This document shows, one piece after another, positions 52,701 to 63,831 of a stretch of 64,000 bases of DNA (position 1 is its first letter; each line of letters starts with the position of its first letter). Source of the stretch: Pecten maximus (taxonomy: Eukaryota); NCBI RefSeq assembly GCF_902652985.1, contig NC_047026.1:20398001-20462000 (forward strand), written 5' to 3'. The translations under genes were made by a program, and so were the position numbers. The notes under the pieces are model-generated. The model was not told the DNA's origin. It saw nothing but the letters and a program-made list of their open reading frames with translations, and did not search any database.

Positions 52701-55700
52701 TTGTATTTCTGTCAGTAACTGCTGTTGTTGTCCTGTTGTCCTTACTGGGCATAGTATCCTTATCATCCATATCGTCCCAGTTGTCAGCATCACAACTTGG
52801 TATCTTGGTGTTGTCTCTGGTCATTTTCCTGCGAACTGATGAACAGTGTTTGACCATGCTGTACCCTATGCAGAAAGAGCTCTCCAACTTCTCCATGATT
52901 CTCCAGTTTACTTCCATTGGGCACCCGAAAGTGTGACGCTTTATACATTCATCTGCAACATCATAGACTCTGAAACAAACAATTTAAAACCATTTTTTTT
53001 TTACATTTAAACTTGTTCTCGCAATGTGTAAAATATGCTTTTGGAGATTTTTTCACATGAAATATCTTAGAAATACCTCAAAAGAAGTATTTTTTATGCT
53101 ACAGTATTTTTTGTCAAGTAAAAGTATGCTGATGGAAATGGGCAAAAGACTTTCTTTGATCTTGAAGTTCACAACATGCAGCATGATAGACATAACTTAT
53201 CACAGTACATCTAAAATAAATTTTAATCTATAAATGTACATACTTCTTATACACAAAACACATGCATTTTGAATGCTACATGCAGATATGTGAAAGATAA
53301 TCCTGCTTACATTTATTTTATCCCAGGTGAAGAAATGTCAAAGATTTGCAATTTGACTTTGATCTTTCGAAAACTGAATTAATAATGTATTACTTAGAAA
53401 CTCTAATTAGCCGATATATCTCAAAGAGTTCCAATAATACATACTTGCAAATGTTTTCCTCCAGTTTGTCCATGGACTGGTTGGCCATGATCTCATGACC
53501 AGCCTCAAGTCCGCAGTCAAGAGCACTGGTGGGGTCACATGTCCATAGTTCATCAGAACAAACTCCAGAGAAAACATGGGCTGCTTGCATGGCAGCGCCG
53601 AGACCATGAAGGGGTCCTTTCGAGGATTCAGAGCAATTATCTGCTGACTGGTATACCATTTGTAGCATAAGGTTCATCTGACCATTCCTGTAAAAAGATA
53701 CATGCACCATTCATTTTGTTCATAGACATAGTTAACTGCTAATTGAAAGGAATTATCGGAGACCTGTATACATCACCAATGTATTTTATACTTTATACAC
53801 AAAATAGTGTAATATTAAAATGGATCACATAAAACTTTTTATATTATTAATATAATCTCAAGAGACATATTGGTGATGAGTTTCATAGAATTTGCATGAA
53901 ATGGAAACAAATGTAGGATTCTGTTTATCACCTAACACTATGCTTGCAAACATTCCTGATAGCAACATACTTTTCAGACTGGTATGAAAACTAAAATGGC
54001 AATATTTTAACTCCCTGCCCTCTTCTTTGGTGACATCACAATACATGTGACATCGATGACATCATTAACTGGGAATCTACAGCTCTCACTAAGTGTTATT
54101 ACCTCTCACTAAGTGTTATTATAGCAGAGCACATGATAAATTAAATTCAAATCGCTGCCTCTGCTAGGGATCGAACCCGGGACCTCTGGCTTACTAGTCT
54201 TGCGCTCAACCGATCGAGCTAAAGAAAAGATCTCTCTACCGAGCAGTATATTGAGGCTAGTATTTACCAGGGTCACATTATTACACATGTGTAATGGGTG
54301 TATAAATGACACTGATAACAGGGAAGGTACATGATACAATTATTCAATTACTAACAAAATTTTAGAATGATATTGATAGAATGGTAACTCTCATTATGAA
54401 AACAGATACTATAAATTGTTGTATTTACTGTAGCGTGACTTAGTGTATTATGTAAAGCCATTTCTCAATCATTCATACATACGGGTTACAGAAGTCCTTC
54501 TTATCATCAGCTGACAGTATACTGCTGAACATTGCAATTACAGAGTATGAACTCAGGTACTTGGCAGCATTTTTCATGTCGCACGTTGGCCCGTCTGTAA
54601 TACATATTTAACAGACATCAAACAACACTTGAAAACATCTTTCTCTGACAGAATTACAAAAACAAGTCTTTTGTAAACTACAAAGGTACAGGGGAGGCAT
54701 GCTATCTGAATCATTAAGTCATACTATATGGCAATATCATTTATTGTGTCAAATGGAAACTTCATCCCAGCCATTTCCTTCGTTGAAAAAAACTTAACTA
54801 CCAAGTGATTATAGTAGCCCTTAACGGTAGGTTTTGTATTTGTATTTTGTACGGTAAAAAAATATAGCTTGCCTCTTGTTTTTTTTTTCCATATTCCACA
54901 AAACATTATTGTCCACTTCAACAATTATTGACTGACTTTTTCTGTTAATTTCTTTTGTCTATAACACTTCCCATCTTTTTGCTAGAACTGTGTATATGCC
55001 ACATAAACCATATTTTTTATTATTTTCTTTAATTGACGATAGAATTTAAACTAAATTTAATTATTAATATTTTGTAGTGGACCCCTCTTCGTTTATGTGT
55101 CTATGCCCTGGGTCATGAATTTAGAGCTAAACAAGAAGTGTTTAAACGTCAGTTTAATTATCCATATATAAGAAACAGAAAAAAAATCAAGGTTTCAATT
55201 AACATGGTTGCACATTACTAACCTTTCTGCATATCATCCATATTTCTTTCTGGCATGTACTGATACATGGCTCCCATCCGGCTTCTATCCATATTGCTCA
55301 TCTGATCTTCCGGCCAACAGGTCTCTTTAACAATTTCCCAAGTCATATTGAAAGAAGTTCCAAAGAAGGCAAAGGTGGACAATGCTTCTTCTTCCGGCCT
55401 ATCACCAATAAGGCATCCAGCCAAATTACCATATGCTGAGCATATAGCTTGGTGGGCATCAGTGGTATTCATCAATGCTGCAGCCATCTCCCCGTTGTAG
55501 TTGTCGATACATACAAAGACAGGTGAGGCAAGAGTCTTCTCGTAATCATACATGGAAGTGAGAGCGGGGACATCTATACAAGCCAACTGGGACTCAGTCA
55601 GCAGAGCAGTGAATGCTGAATGCAGAACTGCTAGATGCATTGTGCTACATCCTTTGATCATGTCGGAAAGACAGGATTTAAATCTGTCAAGTTCACTGTA

Positions 55701-58700
55701 ACATAAACATCATATACTATAATACAGTTATTATCACAATATGATCACTGTAACATAAACATTTATAAATGTCATTACAACAGTAATTTAGTATTCATTC
55801 ACATTGATTATTGTTACGTAAACATACTATTAAACCAATCATAAGTTACCTGCACGATGAAAAGGTTGCAGGGATCAATGGTCCGCATGTGAGGCTCACA
55901 TCTGCCAACGTACACTTTTCTGGCTGTGAACAAGTATTGGAGGCGACCACTTGACTGTACTGGTATACCATACTTTCGCTGTAACAGATGTCAACATCCT
56001 CCGCCAGGATAATGTTTAAGTAGGTATATGCGTCGTGCATTTCTATAGCACTGCAGCTGGAGGTGTACCGATAAAAGCAGTTCATCATGTCTGGAAGTTT
56101 CCTGCAAAATTATAGCATTTGAATCTAATAAAAAATTCTGTTTTATCATTTGATTATTAACTTAAGTTAAGCATGATTTAATACTCAAAGGCAATTTATA
56201 AGATAATCAAAATTAAATGAATGAAAAGTTAATGAATTCAAAATCTGTTAGCCAATATTCTTTTAAAATACTGAAATTAAAAATCATACATATGTATCTA
56301 CTGTTAGCATAAAATGACACATTGAGTATAGACTTTTGTTGTTTTCATGGTTGCTATGGAATCACCAATATAATACAACAAATATTGTATGTTTTACCAA
56401 TATATTATTGTGGTATGGTCAAACCACAAAAGTTTGAATCCACAAAATAATTTAAAAGATTCAAACCACAAAAGACAGACAGTGAGTACACATTTATCTA
56501 TTTGTGTTGTTTTTTCTTTCTTTTTTCATTACATAATTATTCCCTTTTATCTTTTTTTATATTGGCGATTGTATTTTAAGCTGGAAGCTGAAAAAAGAGT
56601 TTTACAGCATGACCAACATTTTAAAATATTCAGAAAATGATAATTTTAAAATCTCTGCAATATTGCAACTTACAGCATTACAAGTGCTTACTGACACTGG
56701 GACCAATACGTATGTCCCCCAAACAACCCCCACAGTCATAAATATAGTACTTGTGTTTGCAATGTCATACTACACCTTTATACAAAATTTCATCAAAATC
56801 AGGTAATATTTAAATTTTGACCATTCAGAGGCCTTGGTTCAGATGACTGATCGAATGAAAACAATACTCTTGCACACCGCAGGTCATACATGAACACTCG
56901 TGTAAAGTTTTGTTTATTTCCGCCCTACAGTTTTGGAGAAAAGCATCGGAAACGAGCTCCCTGACAGAAGAAAGTGGAAGAAATAAGAAACGGAGCAAAA
57001 ACAGTATTTGGGGGACATGATTATGCTTACAACTTAATTTTTCTGGAAGAAATAACTTGCCTGCATTTGTCCAGGGGTGTATTGCCAGTGATTAGACTAG
57101 CACAGTAGTCTTTAGCCATGGTTACATTACAAATCTGCACTTGTCCAGTTAGGATATCCGTGTTGTCATAGCACTGCATGGCAGTGGTGAGATAGGGACA
57201 GCTCTCCGACACTGTCGACTTGATGTGTTCAAAGGCGAGGAATGGAACTAATGACTCGCTATCATCACAGTTCCGAAGGCCATACGACATACATATGGAA
57301 GCTTGTTCAACAGCCCTGTAAACATAGGTTTATTTAACAAAATTAATTCGATAAAATCATTAAATCAATTCTACAAAGTAAATTTCAAATGTCATGTCCC
57401 ATTCAGAAGAACCAATAAAGAGTCAAGGACTGAGAATACCATGAAATCTTGTTTGATTTAGAAGGAGAATGATTTAATCGGCTAAAAAACTAAAATAAGG
57501 ATTTCCAAATTCTATCTTTCAGTTAATTACAGTTTCACTTACAAGCACATCTTTTTACGTTCTGCTCCGATAGATGACAGATAAGGCATGACATCCTTCA
57601 GGCATCTGTTGACAAGATCAGCATTACATGTGGTTGGTGGTGTGGACTCAATGAAAGGCTCCTCACATACTGCCTTTGTCTCGCTATGAAGGAAGTTGAG
57701 GGCTTTAGCGTACATATCCTGGTATTCCATGGGGCATTTACTAACCTCAGGTTTCAAAATCCCGTACATTGTTTGCAGGTTACTGAAAAACAGAAAATAC
57801 CAACATACAAGCGAAACTGTAATTCTAACTCAAAATTGATGAAATGAGGGCAAAATATAAGCACAGTATAGATTTGTATGGAGACACTTGAAACAAATCT
57901 GTCCTCATTCTAATGCAACTGTAATTTATTAGAGTTTTATTAGAGGATGGTGAAAAAGGTTGAGAATTACATGAGCAGACACTTTAATTTGACTCAAACT
58001 TCACAATCTACCAGTGTGTTTAATCATAACCAAACCAATTATCACCTACAACTTATTATACTGTCATCTATTATCAAATTAGTAACGAATATTTAAAACA
58101 AAAATTCTGTATCATAATTATACATTTATCAAAATTAAATTTAATTGTAAACCTTGCAAATATATGGTGAAAAAGTAAAGCATACTAAAACAAATTGTTA
58201 TAACCAAACTTTGACTAATTGAGACTAATTGAAATTCAAACACTTATCTCTGACCTGGTGTTCAAATTTAAATATAAATTTTTCTGACCTGCACATGGCT
58301 GGATACTGAGAGTACGGGAAAAATGCTCCTGATAGGACCTGCATGTAGGCGAATGTAATGTGATGTGAAATCATCCATACATTACAACTAGAAGTCACTG
58401 TAACAAAAACAAAAATTACAAAAATTAAAACAACAATGTAATGTTACGTGCCCGAGAACAGCCGTATATATATTACAAATAGAGGTCACTGAACCAAAAA
58501 AAATCACAAAAAGTAAAGCAACAATGTAATGTTACGTGCCCGAGAACAGTCGTATATATATATTACAACTAGAGGTCACTGAACCAAAAAAAATCACAAA
58601 AAGTAAAGCAAAAATGTAAAAATGTTCATATGTGTGATCACCCAAATATTTATTTCCAAGGAAATTTGATTAAAATTCCTTGGATTTGGACTAAAAACCA

Positions 58701-61700
58701 ACATGAAGCCATAGCCCATTGTAAACTTGTCCCACCATCTATGCCTGTCAACCTACCATTCACTGTTTCCCGGAACTGCCACACAACACCATTCACCAAG
58801 TTCATCATGACCTCCTTGGGCAAATCTTCCAGACCATTTATTGACATGTTCTTGGACGTCATGTTAGCCATTATTTCAATAATGGTTGTGATGAGATCAC
58901 TCTCCATCTTTGTCAAGTTAGCATATTGGAAAATTGTGCTATTTCGTCTGAGGGCAATAAAAGCGGCTGTTGCATTATTGTAAGACCCAGTTGCATTCAA
59001 GACCATCTTTACTCTGTCCATCACATTATGGATATCGATACCAAGAAGCATCACATCATCCAAGTAGTAAGCACAGTCTCTCTCAGTTTCCATAGCTATC
59101 TTGGCTTCCAAGCTCATTACATACATCTTAGAGACTGGCGTAAGCTCCAGTTTCTTCAGACATTCACGGAATACAACCTTGCCCTCACAGGCTAGGGTGT
59201 GAGAAACCTGAGGGTACATTAGAAGCCTCTGGATCGCCATAGAATATTCATTGATACAGCGAGCCACACCTTCGGTTTCGTCAGTGCTGTAAATTCTGTA
59301 ATAAGATTTTAAAATATCAGCAAATTTGACAAGAAGGTGCTGTTCTAGAGAACTCTGCAGACAGTCTATATAAATTGTTCTTGTTACAATTTAAAGTAAT
59401 TTGTACAGAATTCTACTCTTCATATGGCTATGTTACTACAAGAATTATTCAAACAAAACACAATAGTTGCACCAGCTTGATTACTTCTTATACCTTACGC
59501 ATATATACTATGTACATTATTTACAGTTCAAAGTACCAACAAAACCCGAGTGCGCCTGTACATAGTCCTGAGGCTGAAAAATTACCAAAATACAAGAGAT
59601 CCCAGAGGGATCTTGGCACCAACCCTTGAATGATCTTTATAGGTTCCATGTCAGATTGATCTTTTCTCTATTTTTCCCTTCCTCTTACTAATCTGTGTAA
59701 ACTGAGAAACATCCCTCTAGTACTTTTCAAACAAGGGGAACTTATATATGAAATTTGAGATTAAGCGATAATGGCTGTCTGTCGACAATGTATTCAGATT
59801 GGTCCAAAAATGCAATACGATGGACCAAGAGGAACCTACATATGAAATTTGAGAAAGATCCCTTAGGTACTTTCTGAGAAATAGTGATAATAAACTTCAA
59901 TTGTCAAAATCCACGATGGTTGCCTATCGGCCATGCTGTTTTCCGACTGGTCCCAAAATGAAATATGCATAACTGCGGACAAAGGGCAACCTACATATGA
60001 AATTTCAGAGAGATCACTTCAGTACTTTCTGAGAAATAGCAATAACAAACTTCAATTGTCAAAATCCAAGATGGCTGCCTGTCAGCCATGTTGTTTCTGA
60101 TCAGTCCCAAAATGCAAAATGCCAACTAGGGACTAAGGGAAACCTTCATATGGAATTTAAGAAAGATCCCTTCATTACTTTCTCAAAAATCGCGATAACA
60201 AGAATTGTTTATGGATTGGACGACGGACACAAGGCGATTTGAATAGCCAATATGGTGGGCTAAAAACAACAAAAACAAACACAGAAAAAGGAGAAAAAAA
60301 AATAAGAGCAAATCATACAAAATTTTATGATATCAAAATAATCTTAATTTAGTAATAAATTCGTTTTTATTAAAAAATATTCAAATAAGAATGTATGTTT
60401 ATTGATATTTTGTTTGTGTTACCACATGTACTTACGGCTTCTTATCCATTCCAGTAACATGCATAGCCAGATTCATGCTTGCCTTCATCATGGCCCTCAG
60501 GTTATTATTCTGAGCTGAAGTACTGTTCCTATCCTCCATCTTGTCCATTCTCTCCATCAATGCCATCAGCATATCCGTGATATTGCCAGTCATTGTGATC
60601 CTGTCCTTCAGTGAAAGTACCATATTCACAAGCTCAGTGATGGGTGCATTCTCATTACCCCACATTACACCCGAACTCTTTGCCATCAGTTTATGTACCA
60701 AGGTTTCCATAGTAATGGCCTGGTCCACATTCAAAATACCCTGTGAAATGTCCTTTGCCATGCTGTGGTTTCCACAGAGGATCATAGCTTGGGCCATGTA
60801 GTTTACGATGACATATGATACAGGAGTACCCTGGACAGCCTTGCAGTATTGTGTATATTTTCGCAGACATCCCATGGTGTCCTGGAGCATGGTCTCATTC
60901 ATGCTACAACAAAAAATAACCCCTTTTACAGCAACAAACTACATATCCTAGTAAGGGTTAGCTTTAAGTCCACACTACCATATTAAAATTCATTAATTCA
61001 GCATAATATAGAGGTCAACAAATGTCAAAGGTTAAATTGTTTTACAATAATGAGGTCAACAAAAGCTCAGATGACAAATTGTTTTAAAATTCCAAGATCA
61101 TTAAAGGTAAGAGATTAAATAGTTTAAATACTCTGATTAATCTAGTCAGTTCAAAATGGATTCAGGTAACCTCGATGTCAAAGGTTGAATTGTCTTCCAA
61201 CGCCCAGAAAACCAAAAGTCAGATAATACTCTTTGGGTAAAACTGCCACCTTTCTACCAGGATTTTGAACACTTAAAAATGTAAATCTGATATATTATGT
61301 TTATATCACGAATTCTGATCAAATTCTATTTCACTACGGACACTTACTGGCACAGCAAGTAGGGGATTTTCGTAAATTGCCGTTGGATTCAGGCAGGTTT
61401 CAATTCCTTCATAGATCCTACAATTATATTCGGACAATGGAGTTTCATCACACATAGCAAATTCCATGTTGATTGATGGACAGTAGGGTATGGCCGTGGC
61501 AAAGCGTTCACCGACTACACGATGGACATACTGCATCTGGGAGGCATCACAGCTTGATGAATAGTTTCCAACACATTCCAGCACATTCTCTAAGCGTCTG
61601 AAAAACGACAAATTATCTTATTCAACAACCTTGAACAAAAATTTATTCTACCATACATATCAAAACAATTGTTCCTAGTAACAGTCAAATTATAAAGCCT

Positions 61701-62465
61701 TTAACTAATTATCTCTTGACTTGAAAATATAGATATACAAAATAAATCAATTCTGTGAAAAAGTCAAAAGATTGAAGATCATAAATATTCTGATAATAAA
61801 GCAAAACAAAAAAAAAACAAAGAAAATTCTGGTTTTAGTTTGTGAGATAAAACCTTGAAAAAGATAGGTGGAGTTATGGATAACCATTAATTTAAACCGA
61901 CTAGCTAATAAAATGAATCCTAAAAATCAAACTATTTAAAAAAGCTTTTTAAATGAATCCTAAAAATCAAACTATTTAAAATTGGCTGAATTTATTTTTC
62001 CTCTTAGAAGCCTAGGAGTATTGTTGAAAACACCAACCTGCAAAGGTAGTCCATGTCTTTCCATTCTTCTGGATCGCCGACCATTTCTACCATCTTCATC
62101 AAAGTGTCAGCTTCATACAGACATGTCCCAACAGCATGCTCTACATCACACATGGGTGGCAATTTTGCACGCTCTTCTTCGCACATTCGTGGATTACGAG
62201 GATCCAATCCTGGACAGAAGTCTGGACCGACGATAGAGCTGATCATATCCAACTGATTATAGGCCATTACTATCTCATATTCTGTACACTGGTGCCAAGT
62301 AGTGGCAAGCATGACCATACCAATAGTGTCATTCATAGTGCTGTAACAGACATAGGGTTTTTTTTTTATCATTTTTTATAATTTGAACATAATTTTTGAA
62401 ATATAACATCACATAATACTAGCACAATATATATAAAATCTCTGATTTTACTTTCCTTCCCCCCC

Positions 62466-62499
<34 letters not shown>

Positions 62500-63479
62500 A
62501 ATTCAGAGATGCCAAGGGATCAGGCCCCTGGATTTACCACTCTTTCAGCACAAAACCTCTCACATAAAAATCCCCCTTACTTCTTTAAATCATTCATCAC
62601 ATTTTCAGTTTTCAACAATGGACTAGACCTCAATCTTTCAATGACAAATAAAGAAATATGATCATTTTCTTTTTCAAAAAGTATTTTTGCTTAAGTAATA
62701 CATGTCCCCGTCCCCTGCTAAAAATGGTAACAGAAACCTTGACCTTGACCCCAAAACCCTGAAACTCGAACTTGATCTGTAGGTGCTCATACTGAATTCA
62801 TGTGTAAAAGCGTTCCAGCTCCTAAAGAACTGATTCAGAAATAGCTGGTTTTGCCAAAATTTAACATAGGCATACATGGGAGAAAATATTTCCTGAATAC
62901 TGAAAACTTTCATTCATGTGAATTACATACCAAAATTCGTAAAAACTGAGTGAGCAAACAGACAGACGGACAGGGAGGAACCCATCGTCCCCCAGGTTTC
63001 ACTGATAAGGGACTAATAAATAAACAGTTCAGTAGAATTATTGTATTTGATTTATTGAGGTCACCTATGAATATTTCTTATCTACAATGTGGTGGAATGA
63101 CATTTTATACAAAGTCTGCTCAATTGTAATGAAGATCAATAAAAAAAATAAAAATAAATTAAAAACTATAATGACACTGTGTGCCATGCCTTGTCGAGTC
63201 AATCAGAAAGATATAAAGTACAGGCCATACATCATATTAGGATGTAAAATGTCTACTTACTTGCAGATTGTTTTTCGGCTGGCTCCTGGAGTTTTTACAA
63301 GGTCAGCAAGTTCTAGAATGGACGACATGCCACAGTTGTTTACAAAAGCTGGTTGAGAGCATTGTCCATCAAGCATTGTAGCCTTGACCTTTCGAGCCAT
63401 GCGGCTCAACTCTCGGTGCTCTTCCATAACACAGGAAGAAGTGTAGTACTCCATACAGTAGAAGGTCTTGTACATCTCT
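28554..63479 (-). CDS. Giant VWD/EGF-domain (VWDE-like) type-I transmembrane protein with long N-terminal Cys/Met-rich repeat region; 5' end outside the window
   Basis: Exons in transcript order: 63261-63479, 62038-62340, 61348-61597, 60436-60903, 58757-59295, 58289-58397, 57543-57782, 57061-57315, 55850-56101, 55223-55695, 54483-54594, 53445-53687, 52574-52969, 50866-51108, 50025-50511, 49190-49367, 48720-48810, 48054-48245, 47494-47632, 46738-46889, 45481-45715, 44937-45010, 44657-44720, 43965-44162, 42042-42141, 41184-41313, 40511-40641, 39961-40086, 39298-39465, 38940-39114, 37068-37258, 36125-36352, 35350-35464, 34661-34952, then 29869-30127 or 28554-28782. Phases agree except at two junctions (see findings). 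Confidence 0.88.
29869..30127 (-). CDS. Alternative terminal exon A (cytoplasmic tail with NPAY)
   Basis: ggattgcag|g phase-2 acceptor matches the TM exon; SEKKRNSYLP...YPNPAY...VYPTLY*; AATAAA on - at 29645-29650. Confidence 0.72.
34661..34952 (-). CDS. Pro/Thr mucin-like stalk plus transmembrane helix exon
   Basis: PTTPS/PTTPR repeats followed by LIVVVLGVVAGLFAVLACILAVKYCQRQ; tttttag acceptor, gtaagt donor. Confidence 0.9.
35350..39465 (-). CDS. Post-VWD Cys domain, EGF-like, IPT/TIG-like and Cys-rich exons
   Basis: PTWDPPRNITFDVATAYC; CPNDCNNHGNCNAGVCQCYQNWLGDDC (EGF); PPVVSSVENNGLC...ITVLGNNF...AEFVTSSQINCPVP...VAVSNDG (IPT-like); CVIDDVCY...CHYCD...W. Confidence 0.85.
37710..38782. mobile_element. 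Non-autonomous Tc1/mariner (pogo/Tigger-like) DNA element, 1073 bp
   Basis: TA|CAGAGGAGCCCACTTATTTGCATA ... TATGCAAATAAGCGGGTTGCTCTG|TA: terminal inverted repeats, TA TSD and subterminal (C/G)TTATTTGCATA repeats; no transposase ORF. Confidence 0.85.
40872..41048. mobile_element. Short Tc1/mariner-type MITE
   Basis: TA|CAGTCAAA ... TTTGACTG|TA; related decayed copies near 7030-7130 and 17010-17100. Confidence 0.55.
41184..45010 (-). CDS. VWD domain exons (5) of the giant gene
   Basis: SACMVSGDSVRSFDGL..., VRFPSGTSVTI..., HTEGLCGVYDGMTANDLTLPNG...FDRQW match the von Willebrand D consensus (C..GD...TFDG; GLCG.Y/FDG...ND). Confidence 0.88.
41383..41592 (+). repeat. ~20-bp minisatellite, ~10 copies
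   Basis: AACATTCAATTAC(T/A)GTACAT repeated. Confidence 0.9.
41598..41832 (+). repeat. ~39-bp minisatellite, ~6 copies
   Basis: GCTG(A/G)CAGGAGACTCTCTATAAGGATTTTGGGACTTAAT repeated. Confidence 0.9.
42548..43989 (-). repeat. 34-bp minisatellite derived from a VWD exon end plus 5' splice site, ~42 copies
   Basis: Minus-strand unit TTAATTCATGGGAGACAAATTCACG|GTAAG(A/T)CCA; the first copy is the coding sequence TTACTTCAGGGGAAACAAATACACG|GTAAGACCA. Confidence 0.97.
45087..45310 (+). mobile_element. Dispersed HINE-like repeat family, several copies in the window
   Basis: AACAAGCATGCTGGGTATTAC..GTCCCCTACC..GTGACCTTGACC..AAACT(A/C)GAACTT also occurs at ~11375-11580 (reverse), ~49665-49900, ~51205-51420 and ~62690-63015. 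Confidence 0.65.
47494..63479 (-). CDS. N-terminal Cys/Met-rich repeat region (19 exons, ~1730 aa) of the giant gene
   Basis: Mostly symmetric phase 2-2 exons, many ~240-255 nt, ending in C-x (ICK, LCR, MCL, KCR, SCR, ICL, FCA). Recurring pattern C-x6/7-C ... C ... C-x6/7-C ... C; unusually Met-rich. Confidence 0.8.
51565..52395 (+). repeat. 74-bp minisatellite, ~10 copies
   Basis: GCCTTTGTAATATATTAATCCAGCAATAAGCCTAAGTCTATGCCTTGTATTAAGTCAAAGTCTATTGCTGTTTA repeated. Confidence 0.95.
54156..54228 (-). pseudogene. tRNA-like sequence (Thr-AGT-like pseudogene or SINE head)
   Basis: Minus strand: A box TAGCTCGATCGG, anticodon loop CT-AGT-AA, B box GGTTCGATCCC; acceptor and anticodon stems pair poorly. 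Confidence 0.6.
58381..58620 (-). repeat. ~90-bp tandem triplication containing a 3' splice site and exon start
   Basis: Two upstream copies TTTTTTGGTTCAG|TGACCTCTA(G/T)TTGTAAT of the real TTTTTGTTACAG|TGACTTCTAGTTGTAAT; periods 91 and 90. Confidence 0.9.
59592..60266 (+). mobile_element. Helentron-associated (HINE/pearl-like) non-autonomous element with ~140-bp internal subrepeats
   Basis: Starts ACAAGAGATCCCAGAGGGATCTTG (hairpin); ~3 internal repeats (CAAGATGGCTGCC...AACCTACATATGAAATTTGAGAAAGATCCCTTCAGTACTTTCTGAGAAATAG); ends GGACGACGGAC..GGTGGGCTAAAAA. Family assignment is from recall. Confidence 0.6.
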
Positions 63480-63539
63480 CTGAGGACATAGTATAAATAG
63501 CAATGTTATAGCCAGTAAAGGATATTCTGAGAACTTATA

Positions 63540-63645
63540 TTGTCTTTTTGTCATTTTGAGGAAGGGTCTTATGTAGTAGTTAGTGACTACCCCACTAACA
63601 ACATACGAGAGGCCTGCTCTAACCAATTGAGCTATCGCAGCCCCC
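63540..63645 (-). mobile_element. tRNA-derived SINE fragment
   Basis: Minus strand GGGGGCTGCGATAGCTCAATTGGTTAGAGCAGGCC (A-box head); B box absent. Confidence 0.5.
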
Positions 63646-63831
63646 TTTTGGAATCAATCAGAAAATGCCTGTAAGACATGAATGCCTCTGCTCCTAAGCC
63701 AACTGATTGGTGTTATGATACTATGGTGTAAACATGAACCAAATCTGTGGAGAGGTTTTCAGGTATGACAATGATTTGGAACAGGACAAGACACATTGTG
63801 TTCCATTCAAATGGTGTCAAATAGGACTTGG

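Noticed and set aside
54156-54228. Functional tRNA-Thr gene
   Set aside because: Acceptor and anticodon stems pair poorly; treated as a pseudogene or repeat.
45346-62381. Plus-strand ORFs (e.g. 45346-45771, 50799-51218, 52487-52936, 58630-58983)
   Set aside because: Antisense shadows of the minus-strand exons.
62459-62499. Long poly-C run (also poly-G at ~47273-47288 and poly-A at ~10420-10453)
   Set aside because: Simple homopolymers of uncertain length; no evidence of function.
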